A stretch of DNA of 64,000 nucleotides from positions 800,001 to 864,000 of the forward strand of contig CAVXGK010000001.1 in assembly GCA_963761305.1 (NCBI GenBank), in the 5' to 3' direction. The translations under genes and the position numbers were made by a program. Of the stretch, positions 39,452 to 50,554 are shown in pieces (the first letter of the stretch is position 1; every line of letters begins with the position of its first letter). The stretch comes from an uncultured Gemmatimonadaceae bacterium (GTDB taxonomy: Bacteria; Gemmatimonadota; Gemmatimonadetes; Gemmatimonadales; Gemmatimonadaceae). The notes under the pieces were generated by a model. The model did not search any database and had not been told where the DNA came from. It was given only the letters and a program-made list of their open reading frames with translations.

Positions 39452-40878
39452 CGCACCGGCGCTCCGTTGATCGTCGTGCCGGTCGTGTCGAGACCGGTCA
39501 CGTGCTCGAGCACGTTGCCGTTCTCGACGCCGCCGAAGTGACAGTCGGCCACCCGTATCCGTTCGATCGGCGCGTTCGCGAAGCCTTTGAGATAGAGGCC
39601 GTATTTGCTCTCGTGACTGCTGACGTTTCGCAGGACGACGTCGCGCGCAATCGGTGTGAACGGCCCCTTGGCGCCTTCTTCATACGTGAAGTCGATCGAG
39701 AGCACGGCGTTCGCCAACTGCCCCACCGTGACATCGCGCATGTAGATATCGTGGACGACGCCGCCCCGCATCGCGTTGTTCTTGATGCGCAGCGCATTGT
39801 CGAGCCGCGGACTGTCCATGCGGCAATCGAGCGCGAACACGTTCCAGCACCCGCCGGAGATCTCGCTCCCGATCGTCACGCCGCCGTGACCGTCGCGCAT
39901 CTCGCAGTTGCGGACGATGATGTTCTCGCTCGGCACTTTCACGCGCCGTCCGTCGGCGTTGCGCCCCGATTTGATGGCGATGCAGTCGTCGCCGGTGTTG
40001 AACACGCAGTGTTCGATCAACACGTCGCGACACGATTCCGGATTGCAGCCGTCGTTGTTCGGCCCGAGGCTGGAGATCTTCACGCCGCGAACGGTGACGT
40101 TCTGGCAGAGGACGGGATTGATCTCCCACATCGGCGAGTTCGTGATCGACACGTTTTCGATCAGCACGTTGCGACAGCGGTACGGCTGGATGAAGGGCGG
40201 TCGCAGATAGTCGCCGGCGCCGAACGTGCGCCGCTCGACGGCCTCGCCGCGTTCGGCCATCTCGAGAAGGCGCTGGCGCGATGCGTTGTAGTTCGGCGCG
40301 CCGTGAACCCATCCGAAGTCGGCGCTTCCCTTCCACGGCCACCAATGCTCGCGGTCGGCCTGGCCGTCGAGCGTCCCTTCGCCGGTGATGGCGACGTTCT
40401 GTTGGTCGTACGCGTAGATAAAGGGCGAGTAGTTGAGCAGCTCCGTCCCTTCGAAGCGCGTACGCACGGCGGGCAAGTAGCGACGCGGGTCGCGGTCGAA
40501 GAGCAACGTCGCGTCGCGCATGACGTGCAGCTCGACGTTGCTGCGGAGATGAATCGGCCCCGTGGCGAATCGCCCCGCCGGAATCACCACGCGCCCGCCG
40601 CCTTCGCTCACACACGCCGCGATGGCGCGGCGGACCGCCTCCGTGGCGTCGGTGCGGCCGTCGCCGACCGCGCCGAAGCGCGTGACGTTGAACTCGCGGC
40701 TGGGAAATCGCGGCGGCGTGATGCGCGCGAGAATCTCCGGCACCAACGCCCAACCTCGCTCGAGCACCGGCGCTGAGGTCGCGACGCGCGTCGTGTTTCC
40801 GCATGCCGCCACGCCGAGCGGGGAAACCGCCGCCGCGCCCACGCCCATCGCTTTCAGGAAATCGCGCCGGGTCGTCAT
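39448..40878 (-). CDS. GH28 (exo-)polygalacturonase with Tat-type signal
   Basis: MTTRRDFLK; NNDG.NPE, TGDDCIAIKSGRN, GHGG..IGSE, RIK.N. Confidence 0.93.
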   Translation of the reverse strand: MTTRRDFLKAMGVGAAAVSPLGVAACGNTTRVATSAPVLERGWALVPEILARITPPRFPSREFNVTRFGAVGDGRTDATEAVRRAIAACVSEGGGRVVIPAGRFATGPIHLRSNVELHVMRDATLLFDRDPRRYLPAVRTRFEGTELLNYSPFIYAYDQQNVAITGEGTLDGQADREHWWPWKGSADFGWVHGAPNYNASRQRLLEMAERGEAVERRTFGAGDYLRPPFIQPYRCRNVLIENVSITNSPMWEINPVLCQNVTVRGVKISSLGPNNDGCNPESCRDVLIEHCVFNTGDDCIAIKSGRNADGRRVKVPSENIIVRNCEMRDGHGGVTIGSEISGGCWNVFALDCRMDSPRLDNALRIKNNAMRGGVVHDIYMRDVTVGQLANAVLSIDFTYEEGAKGPFTPIARDVVLRNVSSHESKYGLYLKGFANAPIERIRVADCHFGGVENGNVLEHVTGLDTTGTTINGAPVR

Positions 40879-42215
40879 GCGAGTGACGCGCGTTGGAGTC
40901 GGGGCGCGAGCAAGTGAATCACGGCCAGCGCGGCGACGTACGCCGTCCCGCACACGAAAAAGATCGGCGTGTAGTTGCTGCCGTTGTGCTGCAACACCCA
41001 CCCCGTGCCGCGCTGAAACAGCGTGCCGCCGATGGCGCCGAAGAATCCGCCGATTCCGACGACCGACCCGACCGCGTACTGCGGGAACATGTCGCTGGCG
41101 AGCGTGAAGATGTTCGCCGACCACCACTGATGTGCCGCCGCCGCGACGCCGACGATGACCACCGCGACCCACATGTTCGACGCCGTCGGAGCGAACATCG
41201 TCGGCACGATGACGAGCGCCGCGACGAGCATCGTCGTCTTGCGCCCGGCATTCACCGACCAGCCGCGCTTGATGAACGCGCCGGACAAGTAGCCGCCGAA
41301 GACCGAGCCCACGTCGGCCAACACGTAGATGACGATGAGCGGCATGGCCACCTGCGACAGCCTGATGCCGTATCGCGAGTCGAGGAATTTCGGCAGCCAG
41401 TACAGATAAAACCACCAGATCGGATCGGTCATCAGCTTGCCGATCGCGAATGCCCACGTCTGACGATGGCGCAGCAGCTGCATCCATCCGACGCGCTTCG
41501 CCGGCTCGAGCGGTTCGCTCGTGATGTGCGCGAGCTCGGCGGCGCCGCACTTCGGATGCTCGCGCGGCGGCCGATAGATCAGCAACCACGGAATCAACCA
41601 CAGGAATCCGAGCGCACCCGTGGCGATGAACGCCGGACGCCATCCCCAATTCAGCGCGATCCACGGCACGAGAATCGGCGTGATGATCGCGCCGACGTTC
41701 GACCCGGCGTTGAACACACCCGTCGCCAGCGCGCGTTCGCGCGATGGGAACCACTCGGCCACCGTCTTGATCGAAGCCGGAAAGTTTCCCGACTCCCCGA
41801 GTCCGAGTGCGAACCGCGCGATGCTGAATCCGCTCGCGGTTCGCGCCAACGCCATTCCCATCGCCGAGATGCTCCACACGGTGACGGAGCCGGCGAAGCC
41901 TCGCCGCGTGCCGAAGCGGTCCATGATTCGGCCGGCGAACAGGAATCCGATGGCGTAGGCGATGGTGAACCACGAGACGACGTCGGCGAACTGCTGCTCG
42001 TTCCACCCGAGATCGCGCTGCAGCGTCGGCCCGAGAATGCCGATGACCTGGCGATCGATGTAGTTGATCGTCGTGGCGAAGAAGAGCAGCGCGCAGATCG
42101 TCCACCGATAGTGACCGATCTTGGAGAGCGCGCCGCTCGTCGCGAGCTCGGTCGCACCCGCGGCCGTGAGCTCGGACCTCGTCGCGTCGCGCGTCGTGTC
42201 GGTCGGTGTCGCCAT
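40875..42215 (-). CDS. exuT: MFS hexuronate transporter
   Basis: RW.I..LLF.AT.INY.DRQ, GESGNFP, EWFP..ERA.A.G.FN.G, DP.WWFYL.WLP. Confidence 0.9.
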   Translation of the reverse strand: MATPTDTTRDATRSELTAAGATELATSGALSKIGHYRWTICALLFFATTINYIDRQVIGILGPTLQRDLGWNEQQFADVVSWFTIAYAIGFLFAGRIMDRFGTRRGFAGSVTVWSISAMGMALARTASGFSIARFALGLGESGNFPASIKTVAEWFPSRERALATGVFNAGSNVGAIITPILVPWIALNWGWRPAFIATGALGFLWLIPWLLIYRPPREHPKCGAAELAHITSEPLEPAKRVGWMQLLRHRQTWAFAIGKLMTDPIWWFYLYWLPKFLDSRYGIRLSQVAMPLIVIYVLADVGSVFGGYLSGAFIKRGWSVNAGRKTTMLVAALVIVPTMFAPTASNMWVAVVIVGVAAAAHQWWSANIFTLASDMFPQYAVGSVVGIGGFFGAIGGTLFQRGTGWVLQHNGSNYTPIFFVCGTAYVAALAVIHLLAPRLQRASLA

Positions 42216-42227
42216 GATTCGCCGCCG

Positions 42228-43256
42228 CTACCGCTTGACGCGACCGCTCGCGTCGCCGGCCATCAACGCTTCGACTTCCGCGACGCTCACGCGATTGACG
42301 TCGCCAAGGATCGAGTGCTTGAGACACGACGCCGCCGTCGCGAACTCGAGCGCCTTCTGGTCGTCTCGATACGCGCGCAATCCATAGATGAGGCCAGCCG
42401 AGAACGAATCACCCGCGCCGACACGGTCCACGATGTCGCCGATTTCGTACTGGCGGCTGTTGAGCATCTCCTTCCGATTGTGCAGCACCGCGCTCCAGCC
42501 GTTGCGGTCGGCGCTGTAGCTCGCGCGCAGCGTGATGGCGAGCTTCTCCAACCGCGGAAACGCCGCCAACACCGCCTCGGCGAGCGCACGGTACTTCTCG
42601 TGCCCCAGCTCCCCGCGCTCGACGCTCACGTCGGCCTCGATGCCGAGTGCGTTCTGGCAATCTTCCTCGTTGGCGACGCCGACCGTCGCGAAGCCGACCA
42701 ATTCCTTCATGACCTCGGGCGCGCGCTTCCCGTACTTCCACAAATTCTTCCGATAGTTGAAATCGCACGACACGGTGATTCCGCGCTCGCGCGCCGCTTT
42801 CGCCGCCGCGATCGACAAGTCCGCCGCCGCCGCGCTGATCGCCGGCGTGACGCCGGTGATGTGGAACCAGTCCGCGCCGGCCAGAATCGCGTGCCAGTCA
42901 AACTCCGACGCGCGCGCAACCGAGATCGACGAACCCGCGCGATCGTAGGTGACGCGCGACGGCCGCTGGTTCGCGCCGTTCTCGAGGAAGTAGACGCCGA
43001 GCCGTTCGCCGGCGCGGCGCACGAACGACACGTCGACGCCGAGCGCACGGAGGGACGCGAGGCACGCGTCGCCGACGTTGTTGGCCGGAACGGCGCTCAC
43101 GAATCGCGCATCGACGCCGAACTGCGCGAGCGACGCCGCGACGTTGGCTTCCGCGCCGCCGAACGTCGCCTCGAGCATCGGCGACTGGAACAGCCGCTCG
43201 AATCCAAGCGACTTGAGCCGGAGCATGACTTCACCAAGCGTGACCACACTCGTCAT
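42228..43256 (-). CDS. kdgK: 2-dehydro-3-deoxygluconokinase (PfkB family)
   Basis: [35 protein letters not shown]. Confidence 0.92.
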   Translation of the reverse strand: MTSVVTLGEVMLRLKSLGFERLFQSPMLEATFGGAEANVAASLAQFGVDARFVSAVPANNVGDACLASLRALGVDVSFVRRAGERLGVYFLENGANQRPSRVTYDRAGSSISVARASEFDWHAILAGADWFHITGVTPAISAAAADLSIAAAKAARERGITVSCDFNYRKNLWKYGKRAPEVMKELVGFATVGVANEEDCQNALGIEADVSVERGELGHEKYRALAEAVLAAFPRLEKLAITLRASYSADRNGWSAVLHNRKEMLNSRQYEIGDIVDRVGAGDSFSAGLIYGLRAYRDDQKALEFATAASCLKHSILGDVNRVSVAEVEALMAGDASGRVKR

Positions 43257-43930
43257 GCAAACACCCCCGCCGGCGGCACCGGCCCGCGCCCTCTCGCGGT
43301 TTCCGCGGCGCGCAGGGATGCGTCGCGGATGCGGTCGAATCGCTTTTCGGCGATCCAGTCGGCGGGCGCCATCCACGATCCGCCGCACGCGACGACGCGG
43401 TCGTACGCCAGGTACTCTCCGACGTTGGACGCGCTGATGCCGCCGGTGGGCATGAAGTTCACGCCGACGAATGGCGCCGCGATCGCCTTGAGATACGTGA
43501 GCCCGCCCATCGGTTCGGCCGGGAAGAACTTTAGCGTTTTCAAATCCAGCTCGAGGGCCGACTCGACCTCGGTCGGCGTCGCGATCCCGGGGTAGACAGG
43601 CAGCCCGAGCGACAGACAGTGCTCGACGACACGGCGGCTGAAGCCGGGCGCGACGATGAACCTGGCGCCGGCTTCACGCGCGGCGTCGACCTGTGCCGGC
43701 GTGAGCACCGTGCCGGCGCCGGCAAGGAATTCAGGCGCCTCCACGGAGATGCGTCGAATCGCGTCGGCGGCGCGCGGTGTCCGAAACGTGATCTCGGCGC
43801 ACGACAGGCCGCCGGCGGCGAGCGCGCGGGCGAGCGGAACGGCGTTGTCCGGGTCGTCGATGGTGATGACGGGCACCACGCGCGCCGCGCGCAATTGCTC
43901 GGTCATCGAAGGAGGCTTGGGAGTCGTCAT
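43253..43930 (-). CDS. eda: KDPG/KHG aldolase
   Basis: [26 protein letters not shown]. Confidence 0.95.
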   Translation of the reverse strand: MTTPKPPSMTEQLRAARVVPVITIDDPDNAVPLARALAAGGLSCAEITFRTPRAADAIRRISVEAPEFLAGAGTVLTPAQVDAAREAGARFIVAPGFSRRVVEHCLSLGLPVYPGIATPTEVESALELDLKTLKFFPAEPMGGLTYLKAIAAPFVGVNFMPTGGISASNVGEYLAYDRVVACGGSWMAPADWIAEKRFDRIRDASLRAAETARGRGPVPPAGVFA

Positions 43931-45463
43931 GTGAGCGTCACCGATTCCGTGAGCTGGGCATCGAGCGCTGAAGCTACACCTTGCCTGCAGATTCGCATGA
44001 GGTGTTCAGCCACCAGCGTCGAAGAACCCGGGAATCCCGGTGAGGTCCGTGCCCCACAGCGTGCCGTCGGCGCAGATACACCGCGCCAGCTCGACGAACT
44101 CGTCGTCCGACCGAGGCGCCAGCGACTGCCACGTCGCGCGCAACCGTTCTCCCTCCGCGTCCGGCGGGACGGCGAGACCGGCCGCGCGCCGCTCGGCGTG
44201 CACTTCGCCTCGCATGAACGCGAGAAACGCCGCGAAGCCGAAGGCCAGCGCCGCCGGCGGACGCGCATTCTGCGACGCGAACGCCACGATCGACGGCACC
44301 ACGCGGACGCGCATCTTCGTCGTGCCGTGGAGCGTGATGTCGATCAGCGCGTGCTCGATGTACGGATTGTCGAAGCGGTCGAGCACCTCGGCGGCGAACA
44401 CGTCGGCGCGCGGAGCGTCGAGGCTCGGGGCGATTTCGTCGAGCATCGCGCGACGCAGGAACGCACCGACCCGGCGATCGCGCACCGCGTCGCGCACTGT
44501 GACGAGACCGGCCAGCAATGCCACCGGAACCACGATGGTATGACCGCCATTGAGCAGCCGAATCTTGCGCTCGCGATACGGACGGATGTCGGGCGCCACG
44601 ACGATCCGCGCGTCATCGCCCGGAAAGCCGAGCCGGGCGCGCAGCGCATCGTCGCCCTGGATCGCGAAGAGGGCGTAGCTCTCGCACGACGTCAGCATTC
44701 CGTCGCGGTACCCATGCAAGCGCTCGAAGCGCTCGGTCTCGCCGCGCGACGGCGCGCCCGGCACGATGCGATCGACGAGCGTGTTGCAGAACACGACGGC
44801 GTCGTCAAGCCAGGTGGCAAATCGCCGATCCAGCTTCCACGACGCGGCGAGCCCGCGAACCAGGCGCTCCAACGTTACACCATTGTCTTCGATCAGCTCG
44901 CACGGCAAAACGACGAGCCCACGTTTTGTATCGAAATCGAAGGCCGTCCCCCGCTCGGACAAGAAACGCGTGAGCTTGGCCGGAAACGAGGTTGGCGGGC
45001 TCGCATCCGGCGAATCGTCCGGGCTGAGCGTCAGCCCGACTTCGGTCGTATTCGAGACGATCAGCTCGACGTGCGGATCGCGCGCCAGCGCGAGAACCGC
45101 GTCCCATTCGCGGGTCGCCGAGAGTGCACGACTCAGCGCCGAGACGACGGTGTGTCGCGGATGCGCATCGTGGCCGTTGCCCCCTTGGATCGAGAGCGTG
45201 TACAGGCCGTCCTGCGCATTGAGGAGCGCGTCGCGCTGACTGACGGTGGACGCGATGGCGACGATCGACCCGTCGAAGCGGCCGGCCCGATTCGCCTCGT
45301 CGATGAACCACGCGGCGAATCCGCGCAAGAACGCGCCGGTGCCGAACTGCACCACGCGCTCCGGCAGATCGAGAATGGTCGCCGGCGGCACGTCGATGTC
45401 GTCGCGCCCACGCATCGGCGGCGACGCGACGAGCGCGCGCGACAACCTCGGCAAGCCGCTCAT
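43927..45463 (-). CDS. uxaB: Tagaturonate (altronate) oxidoreductase, with an apparent +1 frameshift near 44014
   Basis: PERV.QFG.G.FLRGF, SNTTE.G, SFPAKLT, PCELI..NG, NTLVDRIVPG, K.RLLNG.H, RF.NPYI.H. The called ORF stops at 44006; the shifted frame continues VAEHL... to a TGA overlapping the eda ATG. Confidence 0.9.
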
Positions 45464-47026
45464 CTAGAGCGTGACTCCGTCCTTCCAGATCGCAATCTCG
45501 CGGTAGTCGTTCGTTTCGTTCTTGGCGAGACGAGACCCGGATGCGACGTCGAGCACGAACGCGAACAGCTCGTCCTCGAGCTGCGCCGCGTTCGTTCCGC
45601 CACCGAGCAAACGGCCGGCGTCGAAGTCGATCCAATGTGGCTTCCGCGCGGCGATGTCGCTGTTCGACGAGACCTTGATCGTCGGCACGGGAAAGCCGAG
45701 CGGCGTGCCGCGCCCCGTCGTGAAGAGCAACAGCGTCGCGCCGCTCACGACCATCGCGGTGGACGACACCGCGTCGTTGCCCGGCGATTCCAGCAACGCC
45801 ACGCCGCGTGAATGCGCCGGCAACGGCTCGCCATACCGGAGAACGCGCGTCACCGATCCGCGCCCGCCCTTCTGGATCGCGCCGAGCGATTTTTCCTCGA
45901 GCGTGGTGAGTCCGCCTGCCTTGTTGCCCGGCGACGGATTCTCGTAGATCGCCTGGCCGTGGCGAATGAAGTACTGCTTGAAATCGTTGATCATCGCCAC
46001 GATGTCGCGGAACACGTCGTCGCTCGCCGCGCGGTTCATGAGCAGTTGCTCGGCGCCGAACATCTCCGGCACTTCCGTGAGGATCACGCCGCCGCCGAGC
46101 GACGTCATGCGATCGGCGACGCGCCCGAGCAGCGGATTCGCGCTGATGCCGCTGAATCCGTCCGAGCCGCCGCATTTGTGGCCGAGCACGAGGTCGGTCG
46201 CCGGACAATCGACGCGGCGATCCTCGCTCATGCGCTCGACGAGCTTCGCCACGGCGCCGGTGCCCTCCTCCAGCTCGTCGATCACGTCCTGCGTGTTGAA
46301 GAACGCGAGACGACTGCGGTCGACGTCGCCGGCGAGTTGGAGCAGCGAATCGAGCTGGTTGTTCTCGCAGCCGAGGCCGAGGATCAACACGCCGCCGGCG
46401 TTCGGATGTCGCATCAGGCCGGCGAGCACGCGTTGCGTGTGCGAGAGATCGTCGCCCAGCTGGCTGCATCCATATGGATGCGCGAACGCATGGACGCCGT
46501 CGATCGCGCCGCGAAATCGTTCGGCCGCTTGTCGCGCGATACGCTCGGCCGCGTGGTTGACGCAGCCGACTGTGTTGAGCACCCACAGCTCGTTGCGCGT
46601 GCCGACGCGGCCCCCCCCGTTCGGTCGCCGATAGCCCTTGAACGTCGGCATCGACGGCGGGGCGCGATGCGCCGCCGTGGACGCCGGCCGATAGACGTAG
46701 TCCACGACGCCCGAGAGCGCGGTGCGAAGGTTGTGCGTGTGAACCCAGTCGCCGGCTGCGATCGGTTCCGTCGCGACGCCGATCGGAACGCCGAACTTCA
46801 CCACGACATCGCCGACGGCAATCGGTACGAGCGCGATCTTGTGGCCCGGACCGATCTCGGCGCGCGCGGCGACCGCCGCCCCGTCGACCGCAACACGCTC
46901 GCCGGGAGATATCGCGCGCAACGCGACCGCGACATTGTCGTCGTCGGAGACCCGAATCGCCGACAGCGCGCCGTCGGGAGCCGCGACGTGCGGCCCTCGC
47001 TGCGCGCGCTCGGCTCCGATCGTCAT
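45464..47026 (-). CDS. uxaA: Altronate dehydratase
   Basis: DNVAVAL, GHK.AL, WVHTHN, VGTRN, HPYGCSQLG, LGCENN, CGGSDG.SG..ANP, NPSPGNK.GG..TLEEKSLG. Confidence 0.95.
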   Translation of the reverse strand: MTIGAERAQRGPHVAAPDGALSAIRVSDDDNVAVALRAISPGERVAVDGAAVAARAEIGPGHKIALVPIAVGDVVVKFGVPIGVATEPIAAGDWVHTHNLRTALSGVVDYVYRPASTAAHRAPPSMPTFKGYRRPNGGGRVGTRNELWVLNTVGCVNHAAERIARQAAERFRGAIDGVHAFAHPYGCSQLGDDLSHTQRVLAGLMRHPNAGGVLILGLGCENNQLDSLLQLAGDVDRSRLAFFNTQDVIDELEEGTGAVAKLVERMSEDRRVDCPATDLVLGHKCGGSDGFSGISANPLLGRVADRMTSLGGGVILTEVPEMFGAEQLLMNRAASDDVFRDIVAMINDFKQYFIRHGQAIYENPSPGNKAGGLTTLEEKSLGAIQKGGRGSVTRVLRYGEPLPAHSRGVALLESPGNDAVSSTAMVVSGATLLLFTTGRGTPLGFPVPTIKVSSNSDIAARKPHWIDFDAGRLLGGGTNAAQLEDELFAFVLDVASGSRLAKNETNDYREIAIWKDGVTL

Positions 47027-47028
47027 CG

Positions 47029-48507
47029 CTAGCTCCGCGCGGCCGCGAGCGAACGCCGAGCCGCCGGCTGGGTCGCGGGAGCGATCCGATACGTGTCGCG
47101 CGCGAGATCGTACGCCATGGCCCGCGCGAGCACGTGCGCGTCCTCGAGCTCCACGACGTGCCGCGCGACCAGACCGCCGAGAAAGTTCGCGTCCACGCGG
47201 CGCGCGAGGTCGTGTCGCGCAGGAATGGAGCAGAACGCGCGTGTGTCGTCGTTGAATCCGGCGGTGTTGTAGATGCCCGCCGTCTCGGTGACTTGCTGCC
47301 TGTACCGCGTCATGCCTTCGATCGAATCGTGGAACCACCACGGCGGCCCGAGCCGCAACGCGGGATAGTGTCCGGCGAGCGGCGCCAGCTCGCGCGAGTA
47401 CGCCGATTCATCGAGCGTGAACAGTACGAGCGAAAAGCGTTCGTCGTTGCCGTACGCATTCAGCAACTCGGCGAGGTTCCGCGTGTACTCGGTCGCGACC
47501 GGAATGTCGCCGCCGCGATCCGCGCCGAAGCGCTCGAAAACGGCGCGGTTGTGATTGCGCAGCGCGCCGGGGTGGAGCTGCATGACCAGTCCGTCATCGA
47601 CCGCCATGCGCGCCATCTCCATCAGCATGTGCGCCTCGAACCGGCGCTGATCGTCGGCCGTCGCCTCTCCGCGCAGCGCGCGAACGAAGATCGCCGACGC
47701 GTCGTGCAACGAGAGTCGTGACGCGAACGGCTCGACGACCGCGTGATCGGTCGCCGTCGCGCCGAGCGACTTGAAGAACGCCCGGCGGCTCTCGAGCGCG
47801 GCGACGAACGCCTCGTAGTTCGCGATTGACGCGCCGTTCGCCTGGCCGAGGCACTCCAGCTCGGACGACCACTCGGCCGCCGCGATGCGAAAGACGGCGT
47901 CGGGGCGAAAGGTGGGAATCACGCGTCCGCCCCACCCGGACGCGCGGATCGCGCGATGATGCTCGAGCGAATCGCTCGCCGCGTCGGTCGTCGCCAACAC
48001 CTCGATGTTGAAGCGCTCGAACAACCGGCGAGGCCTGAACTCGGGAGACGCGAGTCGTTCGGCGATCTGATCGTACACGTACTGCGCCGAGTCGGCATCG
48101 AGTCTGACCTTCACGCCGAACACGTCGTGCAACTCGTGGTCGAGCCAAACGCCGGTCGGCGTGCCGTGAAAGAGGTGCGCGTTGTCGCCGAAGGCTTGCC
48201 AGATCCGCCGCGGATCGGTCTCGACCGGCGTGCCGTCTCGCGTGGGAATGCCGAGGGTCTCCATCGGCGCGCCGCGCGAGTAGAGCATGCGGACGATGTA
48301 GTGGTCCGGGACGACGATGAGCGACGCCGGCTCCGGAAACGGGTCGTCGTTGGCCAGGAGGGCCGGATCGACGTGGCCGTGCGGACAGATCAGCGGCAGC
48401 GCGCGCGTTTCCTCGTACAGGCTGCGCGCCGCACGCCGGATTTCCGGGTCGGAATCGAAAAACCGGTCGGCGTGGAGGACCAGCGCCCGACTCGTGCCAC
48501 GCCTCAT
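47029..48507 (-). CDS. uxaC: Uronate (glucuronate/galacturonate) isomerase
   Basis: PHGH, PDHY..RML, TDH, Q.HPG, G.PWWFHDS, GFNDDTRA..SIPARHD..RR. Confidence 0.95.
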   Translation of the reverse strand: MRRGTSRALVLHADRFFDSDPEIRRAARSLYEETRALPLICPHGHVDPALLANDDPFPEPASLIVVPDHYIVRMLYSRGAPMETLGIPTRDGTPVETDPRRIWQAFGDNAHLFHGTPTGVWLDHELHDVFGVKVRLDADSAQYVYDQIAERLASPEFRPRRLFERFNIEVLATTDAASDSLEHHRAIRASGWGGRVIPTFRPDAVFRIAAAEWSSELECLGQANGASIANYEAFVAALESRRAFFKSLGATATDHAVVEPFASRLSLHDASAIFVRALRGEATADDQRRFEAHMLMEMARMAVDDGLVMQLHPGALRNHNRAVFERFGADRGGDIPVATEYTRNLAELLNAYGNDERFSLVLFTLDESAYSRELAPLAGHYPALRLGPPWWFHDSIEGMTRYRQQVTETAGIYNTAGFNDDTRAFCSIPARHDLARRVDANFLGGLVARHVVELEDAHVLARAMAYDLARDTYRIAPATQPAARRSLAAARS

Positions 48508-48551
48508 GGTTCGCTCGGCTGTCGGGTGGGAGACTTGAAGCGAAGCCGCAT

Positions 48552-48570
48552 TTGTTCAAATTACGAACAA
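48552..48570. promoter_or_regulatory. Candidate operator copy 3 (TTGTTC-N7-GAACAA) between uxaC and the ROK gene
   Basis: TTGTTCAAATTACGAACAA, 45 bp upstream of the uxaC start. Confidence 0.75.
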
Positions 48571-48699
48571 TATCGGCGATTCGTTAGGCCCTCCCCCGGT
48601 CCCGCGCCGGCTTCCGTCCCCAATTGAGCGGAATCCCGCGGGCGGCGGGGCGGCTTGGCGAGCTATTGTCCCTCTACCCAACCTCGGCGGCCGTCGCCC

Positions 48700-49920
48700 G
48701 TGCGCAAGATCAATACGCGAAGCTTCATCATGGCCACGCGGTCCACGCCGCGGGAGATCAATCGGCAAATCGTGCTGAACCTCGTTCGCGAGCACCAGCC
48801 GATCTCCCGCGCCGACCTCGCGAGGCGAATGCGCGTCGGCCGAGGCATGGTCACGTCGCTGGTCAGCGAGCTGCTCGCCGAAGGCTCGATCTACGAGGGC
48901 GCCACGGTCGAAGCGCCGCGCGGCCGCAAGCCGATGATGCTCTACGTGCGCACGCATGACCGGCTCGTCGTCGCGGTAGACGTGCGCTTCAGCCGCACCT
49001 TCCTGCAGCTCGCCGACTTCAGCGGCGCGGTCATCTCGGTCGAGACGTTCGACACTGTCGTCGAACCGAAGGCGCTCACCACCGGATTGGCCAAGCGAAT
49101 CGCCCGCCTGCTCAAGACGCATCGAGCCGCGGGCAAGTGCAACGGCATCGGACTCGTCGTCCCCGGCATGGTGGAACAGACCACCGGCCGAGTGCTCAAC
49201 GCACCGCAGCTCGGCTGGCGCGACGTCGACATTCGCGACGACTTGGCCCGGGCCACCGGTCTCGCCGTGCAGATCGAGAACGCGCCGATCGCCTGCGCCC
49301 TCGCGCAGATGTGGCTCGGCCAGCGCGGCGGTGACGCGCCGCGGGACTTCACCTACGTGACCGTCTCCGACGGCGTCGGCGCCGGCATCGTCATGAACGG
49401 TGAAGTCGTGCGCGGACACAACAACACCGCCGGAGAATTCGGCCACGTGGCAGTCGATCCGCGCGGACCGCAGTGCCTGTGCGGCGCGCGCGGATGTCTC
49501 GAGGCCTACACGTCCAACCTCGCGACGCTCTCCCGCTACCTTGGCCATCCGTTCTCGCCGACCGACACTCGGCGATTGCTCCAGGAATCGGGGCTCACGA
49601 TCGAAGACGTGATCGCGCGCGCACGCTCGGGCGAAGTTCGCGCGCGCAACGCACTCGAGGAGACGGCGCGCCACCTCGGCGGCGGCCTCGCCATCATTAT
49701 CAACACGCTGAATCCGGCGCAGATCTTCGTCGGCGGCGAGATCACCGAAGCGTGGGACCAGATCGTGCCGGTGATGACGAGCGTGATTCGCGAGCGCGCG
49801 CTCACCGCGCTGGCGGCGGAGACGCCGCTCGTGCCCGAACCGGCGAGCAGCTACCCGAGGCTCAGAGGCGCGACGGCCCTGGTGGCGGCGCCCGCGTTCG
49901 CAGCGCCGCAGGTCGCGTAG
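48700..49920 (+). CDS. ROK family transcriptional repressor (XylR/NagC-like)
   Basis: N-terminal HTH (INR..VLNL.R...PISRADLAR), GRKP, GVGAGI, AGEFGH, CLCG.RGCLE zinc motif. Confidence 0.93.
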   Translation: MRKINTRSFIMATRSTPREINRQIVLNLVREHQPISRADLARRMRVGRGMVTSLVSELLAEGSIYEGATVEAPRGRKPMMLYVRTHDRLVVAVDVRFSRTFLQLADFSGAVISVETFDTVVEPKALTTGLAKRIARLLKTHRAAGKCNGIGLVVPGMVEQTTGRVLNAPQLGWRDVDIRDDLARATGLAVQIENAPIACALAQMWLGQRGGDAPRDFTYVTVSDGVGAGIVMNGEVVRGHNNTAGEFGHVAVDPRGPQCLCGARGCLEAYTSNLATLSRYLGHPFSPTDTRRLLQESGLTIEDVIARARSGEVRARNALEETARHLGGGLAIIINTLNPAQIFVGGEITEAWDQIVPVMTSVIRERALTALAAETPLVPEPASSYPRLRGATALVAAPAFAAPQVA

Positions 49921-50554
49921 ATCCCGAGCGTTTGGCCTTCGCTCGGCGCGGCGGAATGAGGCTGTCCTGCGGACTGCCTTGCACGAAAGCGCCGGAGAAG
50001 GTGACGAGTGAGTCGAGGCGCTTGATGAACGTCGGCCCGATGCCGCTCACTCGGCGCAGTCCGTCGAGGCTGAGAAACGGTCCTCGCCTCATGCGATCGG
50101 CGGCGATCCGTTTGGCGATCGCGGGAAGGATGCCCGGCAGCGAATCGATCTGTGCCGCTGTCGCGACATCGAGGTCGAGCCTCCCGTTGATGTAGCCCGG
50201 CCGATCGAGCGCGCCGGCGCCCCACTTTCGCGACGGGGTGGGGGTGCCTTGTTCGGAATCGTGGACCGGCCACCGTCCGCCGGAGTCGTTCGAGAGCGCA
50301 GTCGAGCGCCCGTCGAATCGCCGACCGCCGGGTCCGCGTCCCGAGCCGCCTCGTCCGAGCGAACGACGCGAGGCGGATGACGCGCGTCCCGCGCTGGCCG
50401 CCGAGTCCGCCGACGCCATCTGATGATCGAGTTCCTGCTGCGAGCCGGGCGCGGGAGTTGAACGGGACGCGGCTCGTGTGACTCGTACTCCCACGCCGAG
50501 GATGGCGGCGGCGCCGAGGAAGACGAGCGCTTTGTGATCTGGTCGGAGTGACAT
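49862..50554 (-). CDS. ComEA-like helix-hairpin-helix DNA-binding protein
   Basis: N-terminal TM, low-complexity linker, LD.D.AT...IDSLPGI.PA.AKRI, GPF.SLD.L.RVSGIGP. Confidence 0.8.
   Translation of the reverse strand: MSLRPDHKALVFLGAAAILGVGVRVTRAASRSTPAPGSQQELDHQMASADSAASAGRASSASRRSLGRGGSGRGPGGRRFDGRSTALSNDSGGRWPVHDSEQGTPTPSRKWGAGALDRPGYINGRLDLDVATAAQIDSLPGILPAIAKRIAADRMRRGPFLSLDGLRRVSGIGPTFIKRLDSLVTFSGAFVQGSPQDSLIPPRRAKAKRSGSTRPAALRTRAPPPGPSRL

Noticed and set aside
40893..45811. Long plus-strand ORFs (900 aa, 730 aa) and similar antisense ORFs elsewhere
   Set aside because: They are Arg/Ala-rich shadow frames of real genes in high-GC DNA, with no recognisable motifs.
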